Assembly: GCA_963732675.1 (NCBI GenBank)
Contig: CAVTAJ010000013.1
Location: 98,137-162,136 of the forward strand
DNA: 64,000 bases
Reading direction: 5' to 3'
Source of the DNA: Nitrospirota bacterium
GTDB lineage: Bacteria; Nitrospirota; UBA9217
Below the pieces are notes generated by a model. That model was given only the letters and a program-made list of their open reading frames with translations. It made no database searches and was not told where the DNA came from. The position numbers and the translations under genes are program-made. Each line of letters begins with the position of its first letter. Position 1 is the stretch's first letter. This document shows, piece by piece, positions 30,906-41,504 of this stretch.

Positions 30906-33806
30906 TTAAAACAACGACGGCATCCAGAGCGACACATAGACCTGGGACTCGCCTTTGTCGTCAAATCCGTGCGCATACACGATTCGGAACGTGATGGGGA
31001 GATAGTATGTCAGGTTCGTGTCGAGCCGGACCTCGGCGCCGGCAGATCGTTTGAATTCCCTGCTGCGGAATGCGTTGTCCCAGGCGTTGCCGGCTTCGGC
31101 AAAGACCGCGCCGTGGACGCGGCGTAAAAAGACGGGAGTGCTGCTCCAGCCCAATTCGATGTCCTTGATGGGGAAGCGGTATTCAAGGCTCGCGAGAGCG
31201 GCCTTTCTTCCCCGAAATTCATTGATCCGGTAGCCTCGCAAGTAGACCGACTCGTCATCAACCTGTAGTAACGTGTCACCAGGATTATCGCCGCCGACCT
31301 GGAACGCGCCCTGGGGCATCACATCCCCGGCCGAGTTCCCGGCAAAGGCCCGGACCTGAAGTACGTGGTGTTTCCAGGGAAAGTTGATGAACTCATGCCA
31401 GTCTGCGGTATACTTGGTGATGTCGAAATCGCTGCCGATCGATTTATCGTAACGTTTATACCCTACTTCTATGGTCCTGCCGTCCTCCGGGCTGATGGAA
31501 AAACCATACTTTTTCGCATTGTTGAAGAGATAAACGGCGCGGCCCGACGCCAGAGTGCCCTCGGCGGGAAGGGGACCGCGATAGCCGGGCCAGGGCGGGA
31601 GTTGGGTAAGCGCTGAAATTTCTTTCCTCCGATACCCGATGAGCAGGGCGTGCTGTTTCTGAAACTTGAGCAGGGGAAACAGGAGCGATGCATCAAGGGT
31701 CTTCTCACGCTGCACATAATCCTTTGACCCGGTCGCATCGATCAGCAGATCACTGAACGTCCTATCCACATCCGATGCCGCGACCCGGATGGTCGGGTAC
31801 AGCCCGTCATAGGCATAGTTGAACTCATACCACTTGCGGTACGTTTTGGGGCTGTAGAGGCCGGCCAATGCATAGGAGTGGCGTTCGACCGCGTCCTGGC
31901 CGAACGTCAGAAACCCGAAAAGGTCACGGCTTTCTTCACTAAACCCGTACCAGGGAATCCAGAAGCGCGGGACAAGCGTGGGGAGGGGATTGTATGAGCT
32001 CGTTTTCATTTCAACCGGTTTCTCGGCATAGGTGACCGCAGGATACCGGTCCTGGCAGGGTTCCGCCGATTTCCAGGATGCGGAGTCCGCAGGCCGCAGG
32101 TGAATATCGTACCCTGCGGAACTGTAAGACGAGAACACGAGCGTTTTCCCGTCCGGTGAGGGCGCAGGCGAGAACGCGCCGCCCAGTACGTTCGTTATCT
32201 GGTAGATCTTCTTTGTTGCGCGTTCATAGGCATAGAGGTTGAAGATGCCGGTACGGTCCGAGGAAAAGTAGATGATCTTGCCGTCGGGACTCCATGTTGC
32301 GTTTCCGTCGATCGCGCGATCGTGCATCAGTTCTTCGATCTTGTTTCCCCGTTCGTCGAGGACCTGGATATCTTTGTAGCCGCCCGGATGCGATAGGCCC
32401 GTAACGATCAGGGTCCCGTCCGGACTGTATCGCGGCGTTTCGTACTGGTCCGCGGTCTCTTCGGAAAGCCAGGTGACATCGGCTTCCCTGACTGCGTGGT
32501 TCTTTGCTGCAGCAATATCGAGCGAAGCGAGACGGTTCCTGCCGAGCTTGTTCACAACAAAGATGAGCTTCTTATTGTCCGGCGAAGGATAGGGGTCGCG
32601 GGCGCGGAGTCCATCCGTAATACGCATTTCCTTGTTCTTCTCGCAGGTCGTAGATAATAGATGTCATTGTAGATGTCCGTGTTCCTGATGACATCGATTT
32701 TTGTATAGTAAATACCGCTGCCGTCAGGGCTCCAGGCGATGCTTTCGCCCGAGGAGGTCGAGGAGGTCGTGTTCTCTACCAGCTTGCGGTCTCCGGTCCC
32801 GTCCGCGTTCATGATATAGATGGCGGGGAATTCATCCTCATTCGAAACAGCGTAGGCTATGCTTTTCCCATCAGGCGAGAAAACAGGAGAGTCGTTTACG
32901 AACCCTCGCCGGGTCAGGGCAAGCGAGGCCGTCAGGCCCTTTGCGCTCAATTCATCCCGTGTTTTTTCGTAGCGCGTTTTTAACTCCTTTTGCCATTCAT
33001 CCCAGAGGTCGCTGTACCATTGACCCAACGTCCATCGTCCATTCGCATCCACGAGCCATGGTATACCGTAGTAGCTGTAGCGCGTGGAAATGTTGGCGAG
33101 TTTTTCCCTGCCGTACTTATCAGCGATGAAGCGAGTGAAACCCTTCGCCGAAGAGGTACGGGACCTGACCCGAGGGCCAGAAGTCGGGGAATACCGTGGC
33201 CTGGGAGAGTCGCGGAAACTTGTCTTCGAGCACGGCCATGCGAATCACCATCTCGGAGCCGGGTGAACGGCCGCGGCCGCCGGAAGTCTGCTCCGTTTCT
33301 TCATAGGTGGCAAGGCCTTCGATCATCCAGATGGGCTCGAAGAGGTTCGGGAAATAGAGCCTGCCGAAGATATACTGGAGAAAATCGGGGACGCCGTGGA
33401 CCATGTCGAGATGCAGGATGTGCGTGTATTCGTGAGTGATGAGCGTTCTCATCCAGTCATCATAGGCCGTTGTTCCGAAACCCGGAGCGCCAATGGGCGG
33501 CGTGAGGTAAAGCGTAATATGGTTATAGGGAAACGGTGTGGTCAGGCCGTTCGTGGCATCTTGAGCATCGACAAGGACGATGTGCGTCCGGCCCTTCGGC
33601 TCCCACTTGATGCGCGGGACCAGCCGCACGTGCACGTCCTCGGCGATGACCGCGGTACGCTTCGCGATCTCCTCTTCACCCTGGTGATAGTGGATGGAAA
33701 AGTGCGGTGTCTCGAGCGTGGTCCAGGTGAAGGCCGGGTCGAATTTGGCGAATGCAGGCGAGGCGCTGAACAGGAAAGCCGAGAAGAGGAAAAGGATCTT
33801 TTTCAA
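30906..33806 (-). CDS. about 965-aa secreted/outer-membrane fusion of gluzincin-type metallopeptidase (HEYTH...E), PD40/TolB-like beta-propeller repeats and a C-terminal Omp85-type beta-barrel; two frame changes (about 33115 and 32620)
   Basis: Three collinear ORF-track pieces. First: signal peptide MKKILFLFSAFLFSASPAFA and ITHEYTHILHLD...EGLATYEE. Second: PD40-like SPDGKSIAY / WSPDGSGIYY / YSPDGTLIV / WSPDGKIIYF / PSPDGKTLVF. Third: a C-terminal barrel ending VYAHGFDDKGESQVYVSLWMPSLF. Confidence 0.75.
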
Positions 33807-33866
33807 GGGGGCCCTCCGAAACAGGATTGGGACAACACTAAAATCATATCAGACCCCGTTTCGAAG

Positions 33867-34601
33867 TCAAGGGAATAGTTCCGGTGTTCCTGTCGTGCTG
33901 CCGGCCTGTTTTGCCACATCCCGCCTGACCCGGTACCTTCCGACAAGGATGACCGCCGCGGCACAGGCGATCTCAACAGAATAGATGATCAGCGGGGTCG
34001 GCGTGATGAACCGGCTGATGATCGGATCGGTAATGATCATCTGCCCGCCGATCTTGCCGAGGAGGGCGGCTCCGATGTAGATGATGACCGGATATTTGTC
34101 CATGAGCATTGAGAGCAGACTGCTGGTGAACACAATGAAGGGGATGCTCAGCCCCAGGCCGAAGAGGAGGAGAAAAAAATTCCCGTTCGAGGCCGCGCCC
34201 ACGGCCAGCATGTTGTCGAGGGCCATGGTGATGTCGGCGATCACGATCAGCCGGATGGCGTGCCAGAGCGTGGCAGCTTCCTTATGGGTCTCCACTGCTT
34301 CTTCGTCTTCGACAAAGAGCTTGACGGCGATCCAGACGATGACGATGCCGCCGATGAGCTTGACGTAGCTCATGGTGAGCAATTGCGCAACGAAAAAGGT
34401 CAGCGAGACCCGAAGCAGCACGGCCGCAAGAGAGCCGAAAATGATGCCCTTTCTGCGCTGTTCCTTCGGGAGAGCCCTCACGGCCATGGCGATGACCACG
34501 GCATTGTCGCCTGCCAGGAGAAGGTCGATGAGGACGATGCTGAAAAGAGATGAGAGGAATGGCAAATCCCACTGAATTGTACCGAGAACGTCGAAGTTCA
34601 A
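33867..34601 (-). CDS. TerC-family integral membrane protein
   Basis: TTG start follows AAGGAG. SIVLIDLLLAGDNAVVIAMAV...IVIADITMALDNMLAVGAA, the duplicated DN motif of TerC/YjbE proteins. Confidence 0.85.
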   Translation of the reverse strand: MNFDVLGTIQWDLPFLSSLFSIVLIDLLLAGDNAVVIAMAVRALPKEQRRKGIIFGSLAAVLLRVSLTFFVAQLLTMSYVKLIGGIVIVWIAVKLFVEDEEAVETHKEAATLWHAIRLIVIADITMALDNMLAVGAASNGNFFLLLFGLGLSIPFIVFTSSLLSMLMDKYPVIIYIGAALLGKIGGQMIITDPIISRFITPTPLIIYSVEIACAAAVILVGRYRVRRDVAKQAGSTTGTPELFP

Positions 34602-34616
34602 ATACTGCTCCTTGAC

Positions 34617-34650
34617 GAAAAAAATGATGGGAAGGCAAGTACCTTCCCAT
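34617..34650 (-). terminator. intrinsic terminator after the Yip1-like gene, directly upstream of the TerC RBS
   Basis: On the minus strand, ATGGGAAGG-loop-CCTTCCCAT is followed by T7. Confidence 0.75.
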
Positions 34651-34656
34651 GTTTCG

Positions 34657-35415
34657 TCATGAGTATACCACCGACGGCGGCTTGTTGACTAGTGCTATAT
34701 GTATTTCATCAAACGGTGCATTATCGGGAACGATGATCGAGAGAAGCGGAGTCCGTCGTCTTCTCCAGGCCCACCATCTTTTTTCTGAATCCTGTGCCCG
34801 GATGTCCGCCCCAATCCCCATGAAGAAGAGCATCACGCCGATCAGTCCGAAAACCAGCCATGCCCTCGTGACCTCGATCCCGTGCACCTTTCTGCTGATC
34901 AGGACGTAGAGGTACGTGAGCAGGGCAACGGAGACCAGGAGGCCCCAATAGGGGATGACCAGGAGCAGCGTAGTGATCGGCATGAACGCCGCGAGATAGG
35001 CCACGCAGCAGTAGGCGGTCTCGTAGGATTCACGGGACCCCAATATTTTCCAGACGGCAAACACGAGGCCTGCGCCGGCAAAGCCGAGTACGGCATAGGC
35101 CAGAGGATAGAGCATGATTGATGCGATCGCCATCCCGGTGCTCAGGATCGGGGTGCGCGAAAGCTCGGCGAACGGATAGAGAACAATGGATACCATCGTC
35201 ATGCCGGTGCTGAAAATGGGGTTCGATGCCATGTCGAACAGGCCGAGCGCGGCGGTGACCAGTCCGTTGATCACGCCCATCATCACCATGAATGCAAGCG
35301 GCAGGGAAAATCCTCCGCTCTCCGGCATCTCTCGAAAGAACGCTGCCGGAGATGTTATGACCTTGACCGCAGTTTGCATGAGTGCCGTGACCGTGACAGC
35401 TTTTTTCTCCTCCAT
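34657..35415 (-). CDS. Yip1-domain membrane protein
   Basis: ATG at 35415 follows GGGGAGG. MEEKKAVTVTALMQTAVKVITSPAAFFREMPESGGFSLPLAFMVMMGVINGLV... Five or more TM segments, with an internal duplication (NPIFSTGMTMVSIVLYP / TPILSTGMAIASIMLYP). Confidence 0.7.
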   Translation of the reverse strand: MEEKKAVTVTALMQTAVKVITSPAAFFREMPESGGFSLPLAFMVMMGVINGLVTAALGLFDMASNPIFSTGMTMVSIVLYPFAELSRTPILSTGMAIASIMLYPLAYAVLGFAGAGLVFAVWKILGSRESYETAYCCVAYLAAFMPITTLLLVIPYWGLLVSVALLTYLYVLISRKVHGIEVTRAWLVFGLIGVMLFFMGIGADIRAQDSEKRWWAWRRRRTPLLSIIVPDNAPFDEIHIALVNKPPSVVYS

Positions 35416-35884
35416 AACGATACCTCCCCTGAGTGTTATTTCGCACTGATACAGATCGCGCTGAGATGGATACGTGAAAAAAAAGAGCCGTACGATGAAC
35501 CTGGAGCCGCTGCCGGGAAGAACAGGTTGCTTGTCAGGATCGTGGTGCCTGGCTCCAACCGTATGAACATGTCGAGAGAAAAAAATAAAGACCGCCAGTC
35601 CGAGCCGCAATGCCGACCGGAATTCACTACTGTCTTCCGTTTATTGCGTGCGTATACGTTCCTTCTTTCCTTAATTGATATCGAACCGGTTCCTTGCGTG
35701 CTGAATACAGAGTATGTCCATGGCGAATCCGCCGCGTCATATCACCTCCCGTGAACAGGAACAATCCTTGCCGACGTCATATTATACGCTAAATGTGTAT
35801 TGAGTGGAAAAAATTTTTCAATGAAAACATGGCGTTATGTCTATTTATAACTTTATAAGTTATGAAGTTCAGTCTTTAGATAGG

Positions 35885-38572
35885 TCACCGTGTTCTTCGT
35901 CTTTTGATCATTTTCTCGATCTCGACAGCAAAGAACACGACCGATGACAGGAGCAGAACGAACGCGAGTTCCACTGGCGTAAGCGGCTGGGTCTTGAAGA
36001 TGGGATTCAGGAAAGGGACATAGATGGTGGCCAGCTGAAGGACCAGCGTTGTAAAGACACTCAGAATGAGCGGCTTGTTCGTAAAGATCCCCTGGGAAAA
36101 AAGCGACTCTTTCTCGGAGCGGATAGCCATTACGTGGCCCAGCTGCGTGAGGCAGAGCACGGTGAAGACCATGGTCTGCCAGTGGGCGTCGCCGATATGG
36201 ATGGCCCATGCCTGGAGCGAGAGCGTGACCCCTCCCATGAGCAGGCCCACCCAGATAGCGTGGATGCCGAGTCCATGGGCAAAGAGGCTTTCCTGAGGCT
36301 TGCGCGGCGGCCGCTTCATCACGTCCCCTTCCTCCGGCTCCACGGACAGGGCCAGCGCCGGAAGGCCGTCGGTCACGAGGTTGATCCAGAGGATATGGAT
36401 CGGCAGGAGCGGGATCGGGAGGCCCAGAAAGGGCGCCAGGAAGAGGGTCCAGATCTCGCCGGAGTTCGTGGTGAGCAGGTACTTGATGAACTTGCGGATG
36501 TTGTCGTAGATCCTGCGGCCTTCCTTCACGGCCTTTACGATGGTGGCGAAGTTGTCGTCCAGCAGGATCATGGACGACGCCTGCTTGGCCACATCCGTAC
36601 CCGTGATGCCCATGGCCACACCGATGTCGGCGCGCTTGAGCGCCGGCGCGTCGTTCACCCCGTCGCCGGTCATGGCCACGAAGTGGCCCTTGTCCTGGAG
36701 CGCCTGGACGATCTTCAACTTCTGTTCCGGCGCTACCCGCGCGTACACGCGGATGGACTCGACGCGCTGTTCGAACGCCTCGAGCGAGAGGGCTTCGAGC
36801 TCAACACCGGTAATGATCGCCGCTGGGTCATCGTTCTCGAGGATGCCCACCCGTTTCGCGATGGTCCTCGCGGTCAGGGGATGGTCTCCGGTGATCATGA
36901 CCGGGATGATGCCGGCGCTCTTGCAAAGCGAGACGGACTCCGTTGCCTCTTCCCGCGGAGGGTCCATCATGCCCATGAGGCCGAGGAGGACCAGACCGGT
37001 CTCGGCGTTTTCAGAGGACAGGTCCGCCGGGACAGTGTCCCAGACCCGCATCCCGATGGCCAGGACCCGGAGCCCATCCGCGGCCATCTGGTCGCTGATC
37101 GATTGCATCTTCCGGACATCAATATCCTGTATCCCTCGTGATGTCAGGACGCTCGCTGAGCGTTCGAGCACAACCTCCACAGCTCCCTTGGTAAAGGAGA
37201 TATACGATCCGCTTATGACTGACCCCTGGCCCATGCCCCCTGACGCCGGCAGTCGATGAAACGTGGTCATGAGCTTTCGATCGGAATCAAAGGGGAGCTC
37301 CGCTGTGCGGGGATAGACGGCCTCCAGTTCCTGCTTTCTGAATCCATGGTCGCGTGCGGCAACAAAGAGCGCGGCTTCGGTGGGATCTCCGGTCACTTCT
37401 CCCGACGCGTCCTGGCGTGCATCAGTGGAGAGGGCCAGCGCGGTGAAGAACAAGGGTTCGGAGGGTCCAGGGTGCCAGGGCCCGGGTTTTCCTTCGCCTT
37501 CCTGAGCCCTGACCCCCGACCCCTGACCCCGCAATAACCTCCCGTCGCACCACATCTCCTCCACCGTCATTCTGTTCAGGGTGAGCGTTCCGGTCTTGTC
37601 CGTGCAGATGTAGGTGACCGATCCGAGCGTTTCGACAGCCGGAAGTTTGCGCACCAGGGCATTCCGTTTCACCATCTTGCGCGCGCCGAGGGCAAGGGCG
37701 ATGGTGACCACGGCGGGCAGGGCTTCGGGAATGGCGGCAACGGCGAGGCTTACGGCCACGAGGAACATCCTGACAGGCTCCTCTTCCCGCATCAGGCCTG
37801 CGACAAAAACGATGGCGCAGATGGCGAGCACGGCATAGGCGAGTTTTTTACCGAACGCAGCGAGCCGCTTCTGGAGCGGCGTCTTTCCCTCTTCCTCGCC
37901 CTGGATCATGGCCGCGATCCTGCCGAGCTCGGTGTCCATGCCCGTTGCCGTCACCATGCCGATGCCCCGGCCGTAGGTCACGATCGTGCCCTTGTAGAGC
38001 ATGTTCTTCCGGTCGCCGAGGGGAAGCGGCTCCTGCTCGAGCGTCTGCGGGTGTTTTTCCACAGGAAGCGATTCGCCCGTCAACGCGGCCTCTTCGATCC
38101 GGAGCCGGGCTGACTCGATGACCCGCATGTCCGCAGGCACGATCCTGCCGGCTTCAAGGACCACGATATCGCCGGGCACCAGCTCCGATGCCGCGATGGT
38201 CTGATGCCCGTTGTCGCGGAGGACGACGGCAAGAGAGGCCGCCATCTTCTTGAGCGCTTCCATGGCCTTCTCCGCGCGGTACTCCTGCGTGAACCCGAGC
38301 ACGGCGTTCAGGAGCACGATCACGACAATGGCCGCCGTATCAGCCGGCTCGCCGATGATCCCGGAGATCACTGCCGCCGCGATCAGGACCAGGATCATGA
38401 AGTCCTTGAACTGGTCAAGGAACATCATCACGGGTGTCTTCTTCTTTTTTTCGACAAGCTCATTGGGGCCGTGGGTTTCGAGGCGCGCCTGTGCCTCTTC
38501 CGAGGTCAGGCCCTGGAGGGAGGATCTCAGTTCAGCAAGTGTTTCTGCAACACTGCGTTGGTAGGGGTACAC
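35885..38572 (-). CDS. P2-type (Ca2+/Mg2+-like) cation-transporting P-type ATPase
   Basis: Intact 895-aa ORF. Motifs: [24 protein letters not shown] (a PEGL-type motif, not CPC), [19 protein letters not shown]. Confidence 0.9.
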   Translation of the reverse strand: MYPYQRSVAETLAELRSSLQGLTSEEAQARLETHGPNELVEKKKKTPVMMFLDQFKDFMILVLIAAAVISGIIGEPADTAAIVVIVLLNAVLGFTQEYRAEKAMEALKKMAASLAVVLRDNGHQTIAASELVPGDIVVLEAGRIVPADMRVIESARLRIEEAALTGESLPVEKHPQTLEQEPLPLGDRKNMLYKGTIVTYGRGIGMVTATGMDTELGRIAAMIQGEEEGKTPLQKRLAAFGKKLAYAVLAICAIVFVAGLMREEEPVRMFLVAVSLAVAAIPEALPAVVTIALALGARKMVKRNALVRKLPAVETLGSVTYICTDKTGTLTLNRMTVEEMWCDGRLLRGQGSGVRAQEGEGKPGPWHPGPSEPLFFTALALSTDARQDASGEVTGDPTEAALFVAARDHGFRKQELEAVYPRTAELPFDSDRKLMTTFHRLPASGGMGQGSVISGSYISFTKGAVEVVLERSASVLTSRGIQDIDVRKMQSISDQMAADGLRVLAIGMRVWDTVPADLSSENAETGLVLLGLMGMMDPPREEATESVSLCKSAGIIPVMITGDHPLTARTIAKRVGILENDDPAAIITGVELEALSLEAFEQRVESIRVYARVAPEQKLKIVQALQDKGHFVAMTGDGVNDAPALKRADIGVAMGITGTDVAKQASSMILLDDNFATIVKAVKEGRRIYDNIRKFIKYLLTTNSGEIWTLFLAPFLGLPIPLLPIHILWINLVTDGLPALALSVEPEEGDVMKRPPRKPQESLFAHGLGIHAIWVGLLMGGVTLSLQAWAIHIGDAHWQTMVFTVLCLTQLGHVMAIRSEKESLFSQGIFTNKPLILSVFTTLVLQLATIYVPFLNPIFKTQPLTPVELAFVLLLSSVVFFAVEIEKMIKRRRTR
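37453..37531. repeat. heptad-hairpin element, GGGTC/GACCC word type, embedded in frame in the ATPase gene
   Basis: + strand: AGGGTTCGGAGGGTCCAGGGTGCCAGGGCCCGGG...CTGAGCCCTGACCCCCGACCCCTGACCCCGC. It encodes [26 protein letters not shown] in the ATPase. Confidence 0.7.
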
Positions 38573-38791
38573 GCGTTTTTCTCCTCGCGCCTCTCGCGCA
38601 ATAGAGCAGGATGAACAGGTACGACAGAAGCGGACATACGGCGAAGCCCGCGGGCGCAGGAACTGCGCCCGTTTTCTTTGAACATATCATTAATTCCGCT
38701 GTATGTAAAGGCAGGCGAGGAGGTCCGGTCCAGGGATACAATAATTCATCGGGCAAACTGAAGAGAGGATCATCAAACCAGAAAGGAAGAT

Positions 38792-38834
38792 AAAAAATGA
38801 GGCAGCAGGATTACTATCTCCCCGGCTGCCTCAT
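38792..38834 (-). terminator. intrinsic terminator ending the Met-rich lipoprotein transcription unit
   Basis: ATGAGGCAGC / GCTGCCTCAT 10-bp stem, followed on the minus strand by a T run. Confidence 0.7.
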
Positions 38835-38969
38835 TTCATCTCTTTTATTTATTGTTGGAACAGAACACCCGCAGGCCTGACCATACCGTCAGCCGCTTCG
38901 TTCGGCGTCTTCCCATGGGTTGTCCCAGGCGCTGCTGTGCAGGTGTTGACTTCCCTCATCGGGCTGATT

Positions 38970-39071
38970 CTAAGTCTTTTTATTCTGCGGCTGATCTCCG
39001 CCACATAGATGCTCTCCATGCATCAAATGCGTTCCGCCGAACAACATCATCACAGCCATCATGACTACCAT
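38970..39071 (-). CDS. candidate 33-aa Met/His-rich membrane peptide, below the ORF-track size cut-off
   Basis: My reverse translation gives MVVMMAVMMLFGGTHLMHGEHLCGGDQPQNKKT. AGGGAGG lies 19 nt upstream, which is poor spacing. Confidence 0.25.
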   Translation of the reverse strand: MVVMMAVMMLFGGTHLMHGEHLCGGDQPQNKKT

Positions 39072-39119
39072 GATACCGATGACGACTTAGCCTCCCTGAT
39101 TGTTCACATAACCTCTCTC

Positions 39120-40858
39120 TTAAATGGTTCCGTTGGATGAGTTCAACTGGTTCATAAGCGTCTGCATGTCTGTCGCGGTCAGCCCTGATTTGTTCATTGT
39201 TGACCCCATGAACGTTGTCATCGCAGTGGCCAGCCCACTTGTTCCTGCCGTGGACTGCATCATGGTGCCGCCGCCCATCATGCCTCCACCCATGCCGCCC
39301 ATGGTGATAGACGTGCCGCCCATCATGCCGTTCATGATACCATCCGATGCGTCATTCATCATGGCCGTTATCAGCGCTGCGGGATCGGTCATGCTGTTTG
39401 TCTGGGCATACTGAGACATGGCGGCAATGCAAATGCCGTAGTTCTTCATGGCCGTCGTCTGTACCTCCGGATACTAATTCAGCCGCGTTCATCGGCATCG
39501 TCTGGAGGATGTCAGTGACCATGAAGTAATTGCCCACGGACGTGTTTGCCGCAGCGATGTTCGCGCCGGTCATGCCGCCTGCCATGTTGTTGGCCATGGC
39601 CTGGGCCATTGATGTAAGGGGTGTCATCTGAATGCCGGTGACCGTGCTTCCGCTTGAAATGTTCGGAATGACTGCGGTCATGATATCGCCGGACAACATG
39701 GTCATGGTCGTGCCGGTTGCCAGGTTCGTCATACGAGCCTCCGCTCATCTTGAGCATGACGGGACCGGAATAGGCGCCGAGGGACAGGCTGAAGCTGCCC
39801 ATGCTGTTCGTGGTCCCGCTGGCCAGCTGCGCACCCATGGCGCCGCCAGTCATTGAATATGCCATGACCGTGGAGTCGCTCATCGACCCGTTGAAGACCG
39901 ATCCGCTGACCATCCCGTTCATCATCGTTCCTCCTCCGCTCTGAATGGTGCCGGTCGCCGAGGAAGCTAAGTGGTTCATGAGTGTCTGCATGTCCGTCGC
40001 GGTTACGCCTGACTTATTCATGGTGGATGTGATGAACGTCGCCATTTCCGAGGCGAGCCCGCTTGTTCCCGCCGTTGTGGTCATCATGGAGCTGCCGGTC
40101 ATCATACCGCCCATCATGATCGGCGTACTTCCCATCAAGCCGTTCATGACCCCGTCCGACGCGTCGCTCATCATGGACGTGACCATGCTTGACGAGGAGG
40201 TCATTCCCATGTCCTTTGCGGACTGCGACATGGCGGCGATGGCCATCCCGTAGTTTTTCATGTCCTGGGTTGCCGTGCCGCTCGAACCTGACACCAGCGG
40301 GTTCATGGGCTGTGTATGCAGGATATCAGTGACCATGAAGTAATTGCCCACGGACGTGTTTGCCGCTGCGATGTTCGTGCCGGTCATGCCGCCTGCCATG
40401 TTGTTAGCCATGGTCTGGGCCATGGAGGTAAGCGGGGTCATTTGAATTCCCGTTATGGTACGTTCCGCTGTCACCGAGGGAATGACAAGCGGTCATCACG
40501 TCGCCGGGAGACATGGTCATGGTGGCTCCCGTTGCTTCATCTATATAGGATCCACCGCTCATCTGGAGCATGACAGGACCGGTGTAAGCGCCCATCGTCA
40601 TGCTGAAATTGCCCTGCGAGTCCGTTGTTCCACTGGCCACCTGAGTGCCCATGACTCCATTTGTGATGCCGTATGCCATTACCGTTGCTCCGCTTACCGG
40701 CCCTTTAACCGCTGTGCCGCTGATGGTTCCGCTATTTGTAGCAGGAGTTGTCCCGTTGTCGCTGCCGCCGCTCCCCCTCCGCAACCAGAAAGCAGCGACA
40801 TGGACCCGATCAAGAGCGTGAGAGCCAAAATTACGCGTAGATTTCTGTTTCTTTTCAC
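39120..40858 (-). pseudogene. about 580-aa extremely Met-rich lipoprotein made of two tandem units of about 285 aa; interrupted as sequenced by about 4 frame changes (about 40795, 40480, 39735 and 39452)
   Basis: GTG at 40858 follows AAGGAGG. VKRNRNLRVILALTLLIGSMSLLSGC is a lipobox. Four overlapping ORF-track fragments (40404..40910, 39512..40474, 39352..39732, 39120..39449) read through collinearly. Unit 1 (ISGTAVKGPVSGATVMAYGITNG...TGIQMTPLTSMAQTMANNMAGGMTG...MKNYGMAIAAMSQ...) is repeated as unit 2 (VSGSVFNGSMSDSTVMAYSMTGG...TGIQMTPLTSMAQAMANNMAGGMTG...MKNYGICIAAMSQ...). Confidence 0.75.
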
Positions 40859-40915
40859 TGTAAGCCTCCTTATTGATTTTGTACTGAGTACTTTTTTTCA
40901 CAATTAACAACCATT

Positions 40916-40941
40916 AGACGAGCGGAAAACAAAAAGGTTAC
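40916..40941 (-). promoter_or_regulatory. ECF-type promoter candidate GTAAC-N16-CGTCT upstream of the Met-rich lipoprotein gene
   Basis: The minus strand reads TTTGTAACCTTTTTGTTTTCCGCTCGTCTAATGG. The motif and spacing are the same as upstream of the ECF sigma gene. Confidence 0.55.
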
Positions 40942-41066
40942 AAAGAAAAAAATTGGTCCTTTAGTAGCAGGACGATATATAATGGCTATCCCTATGATGG
41001 TGCTATAATAATAACACAAAGCAAAGAACGCACTGCAATGACGTGTCTCGACAACAAGGAATAAAT

Positions 41067-41414
41067 ATGCGCAACCGCTCTATTATAAATATAATCGTCC
41101 TGCTCCTGCTCACCGGCTGCGCACCCAAGTCAACTGCTCCTGAGGTGTTGAGCAACGGGGTCCGCTTTTCGCTTTTCGCTCCCGCTGCTAAGAGCGTCGC
41201 CATCGCCGGCAGCTTTAACCAGTGGGATCCAGAGCAGGCCCACCTCACGGGTCCTGACAAGAAGGGCCTCTGGACCATTATTCTGCCGCTCTCCGCGGGC
41301 CGCCATGAGTACCGCTTTGTCATTAACAACAGTGAATGGGTCCTGGACCCGGCTGCTCCGTCAATAGATGACGGGCTCGAAGGGAAGAACTCCTTTGTCA
41401 TCGTTCCGCCATAA
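41067..41414 (+). CDS. lipoprotein with a CBM48 / AMPK-beta glycogen-binding-like (E-set) domain
   Basis: MRNRSIINIIVLLLLTGC lipobox. VRFSLFAPAAKSVAIAGSFNQWDPEQAHLTGPDKKGLWTIILPLSAGRHEYRFVINNSEWVLDP. Confidence 0.75.
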   Translation: MRNRSIINIIVLLLLTGCAPKSTAPEVLSNGVRFSLFAPAAKSVAIAGSFNQWDPEQAHLTGPDKKGLWTIILPLSAGRHEYRFVINNSEWVLDPAAPSIDDGLEGKNSFVIVPP

Positions 41415-41504
41415 GAAACCGCAGAAGAGGGTGCCCCGGAACAGAGGGAAGCCTCCCGAAGAATAGTCCCTATATGGTGGCGGCGAAGTCCGGCAAAAAA
41501 GAAT

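Noticed and set aside
34602-34660. A yybP-ykoY (manganese) riboswitch upstream of the TerC-family gene.
   Set aside because: The spacer is only about 55 nt. It consists of the terminator hairpin of the upstream Yip1-like gene plus the RBS. I could not see the conserved riboswitch core elements.
38652-38680. A GC-rich hairpin GGGCGCAG-GAA-CTGCGCCC followed by GTTTTCTTTG in the 5-prime region of the ATPase gene, considered as a possible attenuator or riboswitch platform.
   Set aside because: The U-tract is on the + strand, antisense to the ATPase. On the ATPase strand no U-run follows. No + strand gene ends here and there is no recognisable aptamer, so its function is undetermined.
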